A DNA stretch of 64,000 bases from Tubiluchus corallicola (lineage: Eukaryota; Animalia; Priapulida), in NCBI GenBank assembly GCA_030141605.1, contig JAQGDQ010002370.1, positions 27,167 through 91,166 of the forward strand. Reading direction: 5' to 3'. Below are positions 1-14,386 of the stretch, piece by piece; the first letter of the stretch is position 1, and each line of letters starts with the position of its first letter. A model generated the notes under the pieces. That model searched no databases. It was not told where the DNA came from and saw only the letters and a program-made list of their open reading frames with translations. The translations under genes were made by a program, and so were the position numbers.

Positions 1-18
1 AAGGAACTTACTATATAG

Positions 19-1155
<1,137 letters not shown>

Positions 1156-2065
1156 ATATTTTTTAAGCAAGCTTGCCTAAGCAGAGCAGTAACACAGCTG
1201 GCACACTTTCTAATCATATTTCTGCAACTTGACTTTTTGGGAAGAGTTTCAGTAGGTATTTAAATGCTTTTTTTAATATTGTAATTTATAATGTTCTTTA
1301 TACGTTTTTTAAGTGGTATAAACATAGTGATTTAAACAGTCTCAATTTTGAAACAACACGAATACTGCATCTAGTTTATTATTTACTATTGGAAAATGTG
1401 TTTGTCAGACATTTCTTAGGGAAATTGACTGTGAAGCAGTTAAGTTGTCTGCTACAAATTTCCCACACGAATTTCTATGCATTCATTTGTTAGGTTGGCA
1501 AAACCAGTATTAGTCTGGCTTCTTGACCCGTTTCTGGCTTCTTATCAGAAGACTGGTGCTTGTCAGTCATTATCTCAAGCTTTTTGAGTCTCAACAAAAC
1601 TACTCCAATGTATTGTGTGTCAGCTCTACTCCTATCTTTACAGAGTTTAAATACTGAAATTGTTTTAAATAGGATGAGCTGAGGATATATCAAAACGAAA
1701 TATTAATAGATTGTAGCTATTAGCTGCTATAAATTTTTCATAATAATAATAATAATAATGTGTGATAGAATCTCTTACTTGTGATAGAAAAACATTCCAA
1801 AAAATTCTTTACAATGATAGGATAGTTTACTGTTGCATATCAGAAATAAATACTTCTAGTATTTAATTTCGTGTTATAGGTATGTAAATAATTTATAAAA
1901 AATCTTGCATTTAAATTATTCAGTAAACTCATTTTTAAAAGTTCTTAGGGACTTAATTATTGTTATAGATTTACTGTAGCTATAATTTAGCTATTTTCAG
2001 TTTTTGTTTGCTCCCTCTCTTGTTGCATTTATTTTACTTTAATTTTGTTTTACATTTTTTTGTAT

Positions 2066-2673
2066 AAGTTATTGTTTGTGAAGATATACATTGTAGCTAG
2101 CTATTTCGCAAATAGTTTTAGCTAAAATGTTATCTATAAAGTAAATAGCTTAGAATGATATACACAAAGTTATTGTTTGTGAAGATAAACATTGTAGCTA
2201 GCTATTTCGCAAATAGTTTTAGCTAAAATGTTATCTATAAAGTAAATAGCTTAGAATGATATACACAAAAGTTATTGTTTGTGAAGATATACATTGTAGC
2301 TAGCTATTTCGCAAATAGTTTTAGCTAAAATGTTATCTATAAAGTAAATAGCTTAGAATGATATACACAAAAGTTATTGTTTGTGAAGATATACATTATA
2401 GCTAGCTATTTCGCAAATAGTTTTAGCTAAAATGTTATCTATAAAGTAAATAGCTTAGAATGATATACACAAAAGTTATTGTTTGTGAAGATATACATTG
2501 TAGCTAGCTATTTGACAAATAGTTTTAGCTAAAATGTTATCTATAAAGTAAATCGCTTAGAATGATATACACAAAGTTACTGTTTGTGAAGATATACATT
2601 GTAGCTAGCTATTTGGCAAATAGTTTTAGATAAAATGTTATCTATAAAGTAAATAGCTTAGAATGATATACAC
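2066..2673. repeat. Tandem repeat, ~102-bp unit x ~6
   Basis: Unit AAGTTATTGTTTGTGAAGATATACATTGTAGCTAGCTATTTCGCAAATAG...GAATGATATACAC starts at about 2066, 2167, 2269, 2371, 2473 and 2574, with few substitutions. Confidence 0.95.
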
Positions 2674-3304
2674 ATTCATGAGTATTAAGTCAGCTATCAT
2701 GTTTTACTTGAAAAGTTAAAAACTGAGCTAGATTAAGCAAAAAATAATGCAAATTACAATTTTTAGTAATTGACTGACCTGTTAACCTGCATTACACTCT
2801 TGTCTTTTCCTCTCTATGTCACTATGACGACATGATAGTGGCTTTTAAGTTTCATCTGTACTATTATTATGCCTGCATCTTATTTTACACCTAAAATTAA
2901 TGAAGTTAATTACTATAGTTTTTTTGCAATTTCTTTCTATTTCCCTATATTATTTATGTAACTGTATTTGTGGTACTTTTAGTAGCTATTGTAGCTATTT
3001 ACAGTAGCTTTTTAGGTTTTTTCATGCACAAATTTGAGTGAAGCAGATAACATCTTCCTTAAGTAAAGTTTTACAGGTTATTTGAATGTGTAAATGGTCA
3101 ATATTAAGCATAACTGTATAATAATGAGGAACAGCAACGAAAAACATAGATATGTAAGTTGTTTTCACTAAACTATTTTTTACATAAGTGTCAAGGGTGG
3201 CATTAAATCTGTATGTAAAATATTTTTACATTTTTTTAGTCTACTTGAGCTTTTCAAAGTTACTTGTAGCCAACAGTAGAATTGAAAATCACATACCTGT
3301 AAAT

Positions 3305-3672
3305 CAGGGGTGTCCAACCTTTTTGAACTGAGGGCCAAGTGTACAACCTTCAAAGTAGTTGCGGGCCGGATTAGCAATTTCACAACCACAAAAAGACAAT
3401 GAAGCACAAAATACATTTTATGTTACATTTAAGCTAGAAGAGACAGTCTTGTAAGTTCATGCTTTTGATCAGTTTAATGTGAAATCTGGCACTGCTTTTG
3501 TTTGTTAATGACTGTGACCTTCATGGATTGTTGACGACCGGCAAATCTGATAGTTGGGTCACAAGTGCAGCTGTCTATTAAATTTTGACCAAATAAGAGA
3601 AACTTTGCGGGCCGGATAGAAACGCATGGCGGGCCGGATTCTGGCCCGCGGGCCGTATGTTGGACACTCCTG
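3305..3672. mobile_element. Non-autonomous hAT-type DNA transposon (MITE), 368 bp
   Basis: TIRs CAGGGGTGTCCAA...TTGGACACTCCTG. Perfect 8-bp TSD CTGTAAAT at 3297-3304 and 3673-3680. Subterminal GCGGGCCGGA repeats. Confidence 0.92.
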
Positions 3673-4987
3673 CTGTAAATTATATGTAAAAAATTTTCAA
3701 TCTCACCTACAATAACATATGAGTGGAGACTGTAGTAATTAATGTTCGCAGTAAATAATTTTAAAATGTGCCGTTTTAACTGAATGTAACTGAATTTCTT
3801 GCTGGAATTTTATATTTGGTTGAGTTAATTGTTAGGCTTACTGATTGTTAATGAATACAATGCTGTTCAGTAGAGGCTTGTAGTTAAAATTGTTGTGGAC
3901 GCTGCTTCAGAAAATTTTTAACCAATGTTTTAATACTGTGTAAAATGAGACAAACATATAAAAACAAAATTTAGTCAAAAAGAAACACTACCTTACACTT
4001 GCACAACAGGGTCGGCACTGCATGAGAGACAGTGCTTTCTCTACTTAGCGTGCGGCTTCTTATCTCAGGCATGTTCTCATGCCCGCATGCACAGAACGGC
4101 CAAACACCACGTCGCTGGAACTATGAAGCACACAGTTCCGAACAAGGATTTTGTAATTTTTCCATGGACTAGGAAATGGCTACTTACATTAGACTTAAGA
4201 ATTATATAATGTACAAATATAAAGAAAGAAATAAAGAAAGAAAGACACATTATGTTGAATGTTATCACTAATATCGAGTGAAAACAGGGGCTGCTGCAGT
4301 TCCGTAGTGCCTATACACAAGCCTCCACTGATATGATTATACAAAATCTAGTTTTGTAGAATTTACTGCGTTGCTTTCGCTACTAATGTCACGACACATT
4401 GGTGAAACTTTGTTAACTTGTGAATTTGCAGATGTTCAAATTTGCATGATTTTAAATATTACTTTCAAAGGTCTTTGTAAATAGACGTTAACCGGGTTTG
4501 ATATTAAGCATAGTCTGTGGTAACAGTTGTGACTCGACTCAGATTTCAGTAAATCTGTTAATTAATAATTATAGTAAATTATCTGTGGTGATAGCAGTTA
4601 ACAAATGGATGAAAACATCAGTTGAAATGAAACTATTTTTACGTCATTATATACTGTTATTTAAAAATTAAAAAGCACCATGATATATTATGCAAATTAT
4701 AGTCACTACTATTAAAAATTCTGACAGGGGTGTGTAATTACAACAATTAACATGGAAACTAAATGTTACTTGTTTTACTTGTGATATAACATATTAAAAT
4801 GTAATGCTTACAGAAGTAATCTGTTTTATGTCTTTTTTAAGTATAAGTTACGCACAAGAAATATATTTTGCACCTCAATGTGTAATTGCATTACTGAACA
4901 TTTGTAGATTATTTTCTAAAATGCAATAGACACTTCATACAGCACCAATACCTGCAATAAATTTTGCAAGGCATGAAAATTATATCA

Positions 4988-4990
<3 letters not shown>

Positions 4991-5026
<36 letters not shown>
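4991..5026. repeat. (TA)n microsatellite
   Basis: Direct reading of the sequence. Confidence 0.95.
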
Positions 5027-5030
<4 letters not shown>

Positions 5031-5412
5031 AAATTAAGTTTTTATTTAATAATTATATCAATATTGTACATGTAATCATAATAATTAGCCACATTTTGTC
5101 ACTTTTTGTCATTGATTTTGAAAATCCAAAAACCAATTCAGTTTAATGATCGAACAGCTCAATTCAAATGATACAGACGAATTTAAAAATGGCAGATCTG
5201 TCAGGAAATTATACAATTTAAGAAATTTCGATATTTAAGATGACTAAAAAATGTGAATCTACTTTAGGCACCTTCAGAGACAAAGATGGACACTAATTTT
5301 ATATTAACTATTTTATCAACCTTTGATTGTGACCATAAGCAATTTTGTCTAGATTCTTGAAAGATTAAAGATTAGACCAGCTATGCTATTGCAGATCTAG
5401 TCCGACGTAATG

Positions 5413-8400
5413 TCACCGAATGCTACTCTTCATGTAGGTTTGATAGGATGCATAGATCTCCTTGCAATAGCTTTGTCTTGAATAATCCTGCAAAGTCGTG
5501 TGAAACATAGGTGTTGCTTTCAGTACCTGTGATGTAGACGAATTCACCTGCAAATGTAACAGTTTTCATTACAAATTGTTGTAAATGTAGCCAGACAAAA
5601 AATGTCTCCAGCTTCCATGTTTTCCTTACAAACACTTTAAATAAGGAATCACATTACAGAGTTAGGTGCTTCAAAACAAGGCTATAAATTCACAATGCAA
5701 TTTTAGAGATTTCTTGGTCTCAATGGATAAACCAGCATTTGTACATACATACAAGTAACATCTTGGTTCTTTCTTTATGCAATTCAGAACAAAATTGTAG
5801 TATTAGTGTAGATGCACACAGACTTAAACCATCAGATGAATACTGTAATGTTGATTTTATTTAGGTCTTCAGTGCCAGTTATTTTGAAAAAGTAATCTCG
5901 ATATTTAGAGTGTCTCATATCCTATGTGAGGTACATGTAAGCTCTTTCTCATATACTACAAGAGGTACATGTAAGCTCTTTCTCATATACTACACAAGGT
6001 ACATGTAAGCTCTTTCTCATATACTACACGAGGTACATGTAAGCTCTTTCTCATATCCTATGCGAGGTACATGTAAGCTCTTTCTCATATCCTATGCGAG
6101 GTACATGTAAGCTCTTTCTCATATCCTACACGAGGTACATGTAAGCTCTTTCTCATATCCTATGTGAGGTACATGTAAGCTCTTTCTCATATCCTATGCG
6201 AGGTACATGTAAGCTCTTTCTCATATCCTATGTGAGGTACATGTAAGCTCTTTCTCATATCCTATGCGAGGTACATGTAAGCTCTTTCTCATATCCTATG
6301 TGAGGTACATGTAAGCTCTTTCTCATATCCTATGCGAGGTACATGTAAGCTCTTTCTCATATACTACACGAGGTACATGTAAGCTCTTTCTCATATCCTA
6401 CACGAGGTACATGTAAGCTCTTTCTCATATCCTATGTGAGGTACATGTAAGCTCTTTCTCATATCCTATGTGAGGTACATGTAAGCTCTTTCTCATATCC
6501 TATGCGAGGTACATGTAAGCTCTTTCTCATATACTACACGAGGTACATGTAAGCTCTTTCTCATATCCTATGTGAGGTACATGTAAGATCTTTCTCATAT
6601 CCTATGTGAGGTACATGTAAGCTCTTTCTCATATCCTATGTGAGGTACATGTAAGCTCTTTCTCATATCCTATGTGAGGTACATGTAAGCTCTTTCTCAT
6701 ATCCTATGCGAGGTACATGTAAGCTCTTTCTCATATCCTATGCGAGGTACATGTAAGCTCTTTCTCATATCCTATGCGAGGTACATGTAAGCTCTTTCTC
6801 ATATCCTATGTGAGGTACATGTAAGCTCTTTCTCATATCCTATGCGAGGTACATGTAAGCTCTTTCTCATATCCTATGCGAGGTACATGTAAGCTCTTTC
6901 TCATATCCTATGCGAGGTACATGTAAGCACTTTCTCATATCCTATGCGAGGTACATGTAAGCTCTTTCTCATATCCTATGCGAGGTACATGTAAGCTCTT
7001 TCTCATATCCTATGTGAGGTACATGTAAGCTCTTTCTCATATCCTATGCGAGGTACATGTAAGCTCTTTTTTTAATGAAATGCCATAAAAGGTCTTCTGC
7101 TTGATCAAAAACACTGATAATGTTTAAGTGGGAAAAGTTTCAACTCTTAGTAATAATTTTTAAGTTCAAGTTTTTAACAATAAATTACTGATACAAGTTC
7201 AAACTTCAACAGTAAGCAAGAGATGAATATTAACTCTGTTTCTCTAGCTCAGAACAGAACAGGTTTAATGTTACTTAACTGTCAACAAAAATTTCACAAA
7301 ACACTTACGTGCACTACAACATAATCTCCTGGTTTTAGTCGTTTGTGAATTTCAGTGGAAACTCCTAGGGGCACCTCAACGTCAGGTACAATGACTTTAG
7401 TACCGCCGTCATTTCTGCCGAATAAATCTTGTTGTGATCGTTTACTTGTCTGGTAAAAGAACAACAGACTTCATCAGCACATTTTAAAATAGCACACTAT
7501 ACGCGTGTATCACAGTAAACTAATGCAAAGTGGTGGTACAAGTCACAACCACAGCAACTGGGTAAACTAATGCAAAGTGGTGGTACAAGTCAAAAAACAT
7601 ATCGTAAGTATAAGTCGACCCCAAAAATTTCACCTTAAAATCGCCTCCCAAAAATTCGACTTGTACATAACTATATACAGTAACTGACTAACTGACTGAC
7701 TAACTAACTAATATAACTAGCTAACTAACTAACTACGTAAAATAAAAAATGAATAAAGCTAATGTATGAAAGAATTCTGGGTCATTCTAGGTTAAGGCAG
7801 CCACGGTTTGTTTTTCTTATTTTTTTTTGAATCACCTACTAAAATCAACTTACTCCTTCAATTAACACCAGCTGTTCAGAGCCAACAAGCTGCGCATTCA
7901 ACTTCTCTGCTTCTTGTCGAAAACAATCAAGAATTTCCTGCATCCGACGAACCTTGACGTGTTGCGGCACGTTGTCTTCTAGCTTGTGATATGCATGAGT
8001 CTTCTACAAGAAAATATTAAAACTGAAAATGTCTGTAATGCCTGTACAATAATCTTTGAAATTCTGCTCACATTTTTCTCACCCGATCTTCATCACAAAT
8101 CGGTGCCAATCAGCAGGGCCTATTTCAGCCTAAGCTAGGCCCGGGGAAGTGGGGCATGTGAGGCCCCCTTGGGGGGGGGGGGGTGGCATGAAGCGCCGGG
8201 GCATGGGTGCCATCATGGTTGGCGTGCAGAAAATTTTTGAACTGCTAGAACGCCGGAGAAGCATTTTTTTCGAAGAGAAAATATGGAGTTATACAGTTGT
8301 TAAAGGAAAGAACAGTTGAAAGAAAAACTGCTTTATTCTCAAGACCAGTCCTTAATACTTGTCAATACTGGCAAACGGCGCGCGTGCGGCAAGAGAGAGA

Positions 8401-9709
8401 GAAGAGGCAGTATGTTCGCATAAAGAAAAAAATGTTACCTTGGTGTGAGGCCCCCCTGGAGGGTGAGGGCCCAGGGAAGTATCCCCACTCCCCCGCCCCA
8501 TGAAATAGGCCCTGCTAATCAGTGCTTTTAAATAAATTCATAAACACTAAATTAAGATAACGAGTTGCCAAACAAGTGACACTACGAGTCAGTCATACTT
8601 AAGTGGTCGGGTGTTGGCAACCGTAAAACACTTCATACTTCTAGCCAATCTCTACATTTCTCTGTTTTTCTTCATTTTTTCACCCACCTTTCTCAAACTA
8701 AATGGAAACATGTAGCAAAAATTGTATTTGACTAGCCGAATAAGCGACAGCGTGTCTTCGTGAGCCTCTTCAGTCTCGTTACAAAAACCACAGATGAAGT
8801 CACTTGATAAAAAAACACCTGAAAAAGACATTAGAAAATTTGAAGCCATGTTAAGAAGTAACACTCACATACGATTACAAAATTTGAAGCCATGTTAAGA
8901 AGTAACACACACATACGATTACAAAATTTGAAGCCATGTTAAGAAGTAACTCACACATACGATTACAAAATTTGAAGCCATGTTAAGAAGTAACACACAC
9001 ATACGATTACAAAATTTGAAGCCATGTTAAGAAGTAACACACACACATACGATTACAAAATTTGAAGCCATGTTAAGAAGTAACACACACATACGATTAC
9101 AAAATTTGAAGCCATGTTAAGAAGTAACACACACACATACGAGTTCTTTAACGGTTCGTTTAAAACTTAATAAATGTTTTTTTCCTATAAAGTCATTTTG
9201 TTCTGCAAAAACGAAAAGAATTTGTGGAAAAAATTATCAAAAGTTGTTTTAGAAATGACTAACCACTTTACTATCATTATTGTTCTAGGCTGGTGAATTT
9301 AAATAATTATTATTTATTATTATTAGTTATTATTAGTAACTCATTTATTTCACAACAAAATATGTTTTAATTATGATTAAAAATGAATATAAGAACATAT
9401 ATAACAGCAAATTAATATTACTTAACAAATTTGTGAAAGAAACACAATAGTCCAGATTTTAGGCCAGCATACTGTGAATGTGATATGATAAACCACACTG
9501 CCATTAAGACACTGTAACATAACACAATAACCTATGAACAGACAATAACAGTTACCTGGCAGAATACTTCGAATATGATGGACTAAGTCTATATAGGTGT
9601 CTCTAGTGTATCCTCTGCGCATTGCAGTCAATACTGTTGAGTTTCCACTCTGTGCTGGCAGGTGAATTTGCTTGCAAATATTTGGGTTTTCCTTGATGAC
9701 TGTGAGCAC
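5413..9709 (-). CDS. CDK5RAP1: CDK5RAP1 / MiaB-like mitochondrial tRNA methylthiotransferase, last five coding exons (C-terminal part of the radical SAM domain plus TRAM domain); 5' exons not found
   Basis: GT-AG exons 9709-9556 ([36 protein letters not shown]...), 8818-8688 ([20 protein letters not shown]...FPFSLRK), 8003-7854 ([23 protein letters not shown]...QLVLIEG), 7449-7309 ([19 protein letters not shown]...PGDYVVVH) and 5547-5413 ([11 protein letters not shown]...SIR*). They splice in frame to 236 aa, colinear with the recalled CDK5RAP1 C-terminus. Confidence 0.93.
5913..7068. repeat. 34-bp minisatellite x ~34 in the last CDK5RAP1 intron
   Basis: Unit GAGGTACATGTAAGCTCTTTCTCATAT followed by CCTATGC, CCTATGT, ACTACAC or CCTACAC; period 34 (e.g. 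6030 and 6064). Confidence 0.97.
7600..7735. mobile_element. Probable end fragment of a Tc1/pogo-like DNA element followed by an (ACTG/ACTA)n microsatellite
   Basis: TATAAGTCGAC...TCGACTTGTACA...TATATACAGTA subterminal palindromic motifs, then AACT/GACT repeats. Only one end is visible. Confidence 0.4.
8114..8514. mobile_element. Non-autonomous hAT-type MITE, 401 bp, in a CDK5RAP1 intron
   Basis: TIRs CAGGGCCTATTTCA...TGAAATAGGCCCTG. 8-bp TSD CCAATCAG / CTAATCAG (1 mismatch). GC-rich subterminal GAGGCCCCC motifs. Confidence 0.88.
8836..9141. repeat. ~44-bp minisatellite x ~7
   Basis: Unit AAAATTTGAAGCCATGTTAAGAAGTAAC(AC)nATACGATTAC with a variable internal AC run. Confidence 0.95.
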
Positions 9710-11340
9710 CTGCAGAAATTTAAAAAAATGAATAAACATCGTAATATCATGATTAATATAATACAATGTTACAAAACTTATTATGCACACAAAAACAGAA
9801 GCAATTATTATTATTGAATGTACATAAACTTTCCAATATACTAAAGTGCTGAAGTAAAACTTCAAACAAATAAGTAAAATTATGCTATATGGCATGTATA
9901 TTCTATGTATGCTTGATTTAGCATGAACACTAATGTCTAACTACGTGTCAGATTAGAACTGTGTTATGTCTAACTGTGGTCAAACGCTGAGCTGCTTTGT
10001 GTTTGATCATAGATATATTACAATAGCGACAGTAAGTAAAGCTAGGGTTTCTTCTAAGCAAACAGAATATCTTAAATTGGAGCTGTGCTTAAGGGACAGT
10101 CAGTCACGCGTTGCTATCTTATTATTTTCAACTCTTTTTCCCGAGGTCACCGGAAACAGGAATGTAGACACGGCTTCATACCTCGAATAATCACAATGCC
10201 CTACACAGACTGCAAAGTACAGATTACAAGGTGTTGAAGTCAAAATTTAGCTTCTGTGCAATCGAGATGACATTTCTATCTTGCTGAAATATATTTATAA
10301 AAATTATAACTATGTCGGGAATTTATGTCGCCGTATGATCATATGCGTGTTGCAATAAGCAGTGATAATGACGTTTTCAGTAATTTTTTACTTAAAAAAA
10401 TGCGGTGTGTATTTTGTATTTACATAATGATGTCACTATAGTAAGCTTCGCTTGTAATATCTGCTAGTATTGGGTAGTGGTGAAAAGACATTTTGCGGTA
10501 TTCATAAGACGTGAATTTTTTTTAGAAGTTACTGATTATGTTTTACATTTTCATAAATTACTTAGGTTTAACTATTCGTCTATCGTATAAATTTGCCTAC
10601 AGTTAGGCTCAGCCTGCAACGACCATTTTAGGACAATAAGTGTAAACCGAAACCTATATCTCTTCAGATCACTTTTTCAGTGATATTGGTTAACATTTTC
10701 TTTTCCGAGATAATTGACAACCTTACGACAAAAGCAATTATTGAGATCAGTTATACAGCCCATGCTTAATATTTGCTCAGTAAATACTCTTGAGTGTATA
10801 TTCCTATATTTGATTTGTCGCATAGAGCCAACGAAGCCAATTCACAATACGTTCATACCATACATACGACTAGCTGATATAGTAAAGGAGATCACTTTTG
10901 CGATGAATGCTGATCTAATTATGACTTATATTGAAATGAATTGTGTTTGAAAAAAATGGGTGAAGACTGAAATTTATTTTTGTTGCCAATAAGCATAAAG
11001 TTTGTTACAATTTCTGATTTGAGAGCCTTGCATTTTATGATTGGCCTAATCAGGTGTGGTACAGTACTGCTTTTGCCTGTTAGACATACGGGAGTCTTTT
11101 AGGAAAGCTCTTGGATGACTGGCAAATTTCTTGATTTCTTAAGCTCTGTTAATTTTACTACAACATGCTTGCTTCTACATTTTTTCTAATAGAAATTCAG
11201 GTCATTACACACGAGGACCAAACACTAAGACTCAAAACAGCAGGACTGCCAGTCCAGCAGAGGTGTACCAACAGTAACAGTGAGAGCAATAGCAGTAGTA
11301 GGGGGCAAAGGCAGTGGCAATAGCAGTATAACAACTGCGG

Positions 11341-11402
<62 letters not shown>
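11341..11402. repeat. (CAT)n trinucleotide microsatellite, ~20 units
   Basis: Direct reading; it explains the poly-M, poly-D and poly-S spurious ORFs. Confidence 0.95.
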
Positions 11403-11497
11403 CTCAGTGACAATAAATCTGACTTTTTCATTGCAACAAACAGCGAAATGCTCAGTAAAAGTGTAAGGTTTCCTAGACCACCGTTTTTCACAGCAAT

Positions 11498-11700
11498 GTG
11501 AATTTGACTCTGCTGTGGACAATGCTTGAAGCACACAATCATTGTGATTTGTGAATATGACTTTACCGTGAACAGTGCTTGAAGCACACAACCTTTGTTA
11601 TTTGTGAATATGAATCTACTGTGGACAGTGCTTGAAGCACACAACCGTCGTGAATTTGACTTTACTATGGACAATGCTTGAAGACACTGCCATGAATTTG
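11498..11700. repeat. Diverged ~50-bp tandem repeat x ~4
   Basis: GTGAAT(T/A)TGA...TGGACA(A/G)TGCTTGAAGCACACAA recurs at about 11498, 11551, 11604 and 11650. Confidence 0.8.
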
Positions 11701-12796
11701 AGCAGTGACTGCTGTAATGGCAGCTGCAACTGAAGCCATTAGTCTTATTACGGCTTCACCTTTTACTGAAACCATTGCTAAACCAATTATACGCTAATTC
11801 TTGCCGAAAATTCAATTTTATCGCACATGCTGCCCAAGCTGCAGTTAACTATATATGAAGAGTGACTATCAAATCCAGTTATATCCATTTTTGACAAGAA
11901 AAGAGTTCTTTGCCTGTACGTGAGTTCGTTCAAAGTAGAAAATGTTGACTAATTACATATAATTACATTCATTGATACAATCGGAATTTATATCTTCAAA
12001 ATTTCGGCAATCGTTTGGCATCTTCAGAATGTAAATTAAAACAATATTTGCTATATCAATACAGTTTAAGTAAGTTAAACAACAATGAAGGTGTAATTTA
12101 GACTAAAACTTTTGAAAATACGGGTTACAGTAATGTTAAAACAAAATCTTAAAAACATTTCAATTAATCTACAGACAATACACGTTATGTAAGATAATAT
12201 ATCTGAAACTTTTCCAGATAGCAACAATAATTCGACAAATATATGTATATTATTTTAATTTGACTTTATCCCGATATGCTTTTCACTTTGGAATTATGCA
12301 ATTCACGTTACACGCGCAAGGGCGACCTCGTTATACGAAAAATAATGAATTTTTGGCCTACACGTCCAATTTTACGTGAAAAAAGCTACGTAAAATTTGT
12401 GAACCATTATTAGCAGCAGTAGGTACCACCCAAAGTAATGTCAATGTCAATTTGCCAATTTAAGAAGCCAACTAATCAACAAAGCAGTATGAAGCAACAA
12501 TATTCTCGAATGTAACATGCACGAGATGCAAACGCAGCGCAAACAGTTGCAGCGAAGCTTATCTCTTACAAATGATAAGTAAGTGAGTAAGCACTTTTAA
12601 GAATCCCGTGAGGGAAATTCAAGCTTATTCATTTAATTATTAATTGCTTAAGAGGTGACATCACTTTTCCATGCACGCTTGCTAATTCCGCGTGCGTTGT
12701 GAGAAATGGCAGATGTGAACTACGTGCGTGAGTGTGGAGCTTAATTTGGAAAGAGGTTTGCCCTGTAAATTTAATCAGGCTCGGCAGAAAATTTAG

Positions 12797-13120
12797 GGAA
12801 AATTCGAAGAGACGAAGTGTATCAAGGTGACCTCAGCGGGAACCGATTATGTTAAAGAAATCACTTGTCTTACAATCCTCACTCGAAAACTTTTTTTTAT
12901 CGTACTTTCAGTTTAACCCCTCTAAATGAAATGAAAAACGTTGTGTATTGCTAGATGTTAAACTAAGCCATTAAGTTAAAGGAATCACTTGTTACAGGAA
13001 TCTTTGGCAATCCTCACCCGAAACCTTTTTATCGTACTCTCAATTTAAGCCCTGTATTTGAAATGGAAACAGTTGGGGGAAATACGAAGACAAGAGGTGT
13101 ATCAAGGTGACTTCGGAGGG
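12797..13120. repeat. Diverged local duplication
   Basis: GAAAT(T/A)CGAAGA...GTGTATCAAGGTGAC and TTAAAG(A/G)AATCACTTGT...CAATCCTCAC...ATCGTACT blocks each occur twice. Confidence 0.65.
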
Positions 13121-14386
13121 CCACTACGTTACTAGGACTCTGACACAGCTGTCACTTGATAACTTTTTTAATGGTCAATTTAACTTGTGTTACTGGAGGG
13201 CGGAATTTAATGAACTAACTTAGCTAATTTCGAAAACTGTAAACTGATGTAATTTATTTCTTCCAGGCTTTCCGAAAAAATGACCAACCATATATTTTTA
13301 AAATCACACCAGCCCCTAACATGCACGTATTCCTAGTATTGAAACTTTCAACTACAGCATTTTTATTTTAGGAGACAATTTATTCTTATGTTAGTAAATG
13401 CATAAAAATTAAGCTGGCCAGCTAGCCTTTACTATCACTGCTTATTATCTTGTTATCATTGTCAAATACTTACACTATATCATAAGAGGCCTTAGGAATT
13501 TCAGTTAAAATGTTCAGCAATACACAATGTTTATAAGTATACAAAAAAACAAATATGCGGACACTAAAACATAGAAGACTTAAACATAAAAAATAAACAT
13601 AAGCGGCTAATGCAATGATTGCAGGTACATATAAGCAATAAAAATCTTTTCTTTTGATTTATTTATTTCACTTAAAGCTGCGGGCCTGGTGTGACCTCAC
13701 GGTTCGTACATCTGTAAGGCCCGCAACACTGTTGTAAGCTTAAAATTACAAAAGTCATATTTATGTACAAGTATGCATACTATTACGAAAAATAGCACCA
13801 GCCACTCAGATGAACTGACATTGAAAATACAATAAAGTAATAGTCTTCTTGGAGAACTGGATAGCAACCGCATAGAAATTAATTATTCTGTCAACAAAAT
13901 GAAAATAATTACACTGTGGTGAGTATTAATTAAATGGCTTCACGAACTTATAGACCTAGCAGCGAGAGTAATGCATTATTCAGTAATTCAGTAACACAAT
14001 AAAGCAATAAAATGATAAATCAATTTGTCAGTCTTAAAATGCAACGGGAAGTGATGGCGTACGTAAGGAAAAGAGAAACGCCGAGAACGTATTTATAACA
14101 TGTTGTTTCAGCGCACGTGAAACCAAAGAATATAATGCAATAGGCTGGTAACGCGTTACTGAACTGTAACAATTATTGTAGTATATATTAAACTAGATGA
14201 TTCAGTTGCATACTGCATAATGTAATAGCCTAGTAATGCGTTACTGAAATATATTATAACAGTAGTGCCACATTATCCTGTTTAATGCAATAACATACTA
14301 TACAATGTAATACAACTGACTAGTAATGCCGAATGCGTTAGTGAACTATAACAGCCACTGTACGTAATACTACATTGTATTGCATA

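Noticed and set aside
5913-7068. CRISPR-like appearance of the 34-bp array
   Set aside because: There are no unique spacers, only a few recurring 7-nt variants; no cas genes; eukaryotic intron context.
10182-10283. Exon-like minus-strand segment (CAG...GAG/GTATG) just upstream of the CDK5RAP1 exon at 9709
   Set aside because: It has stops in all three frames and no CDK5RAP1 similarity; at most a non-coding exon.
11197-11674. Poly-Asp, poly-Met and poly-Ser ORFs, including the idea that the poly-Asp frame is the missing acidic Acl4 tail
   Set aside because: They are explained by a pure (CAT)n microsatellite. There is no good in-frame acceptor and the flanking peptide is not Acl4-like.
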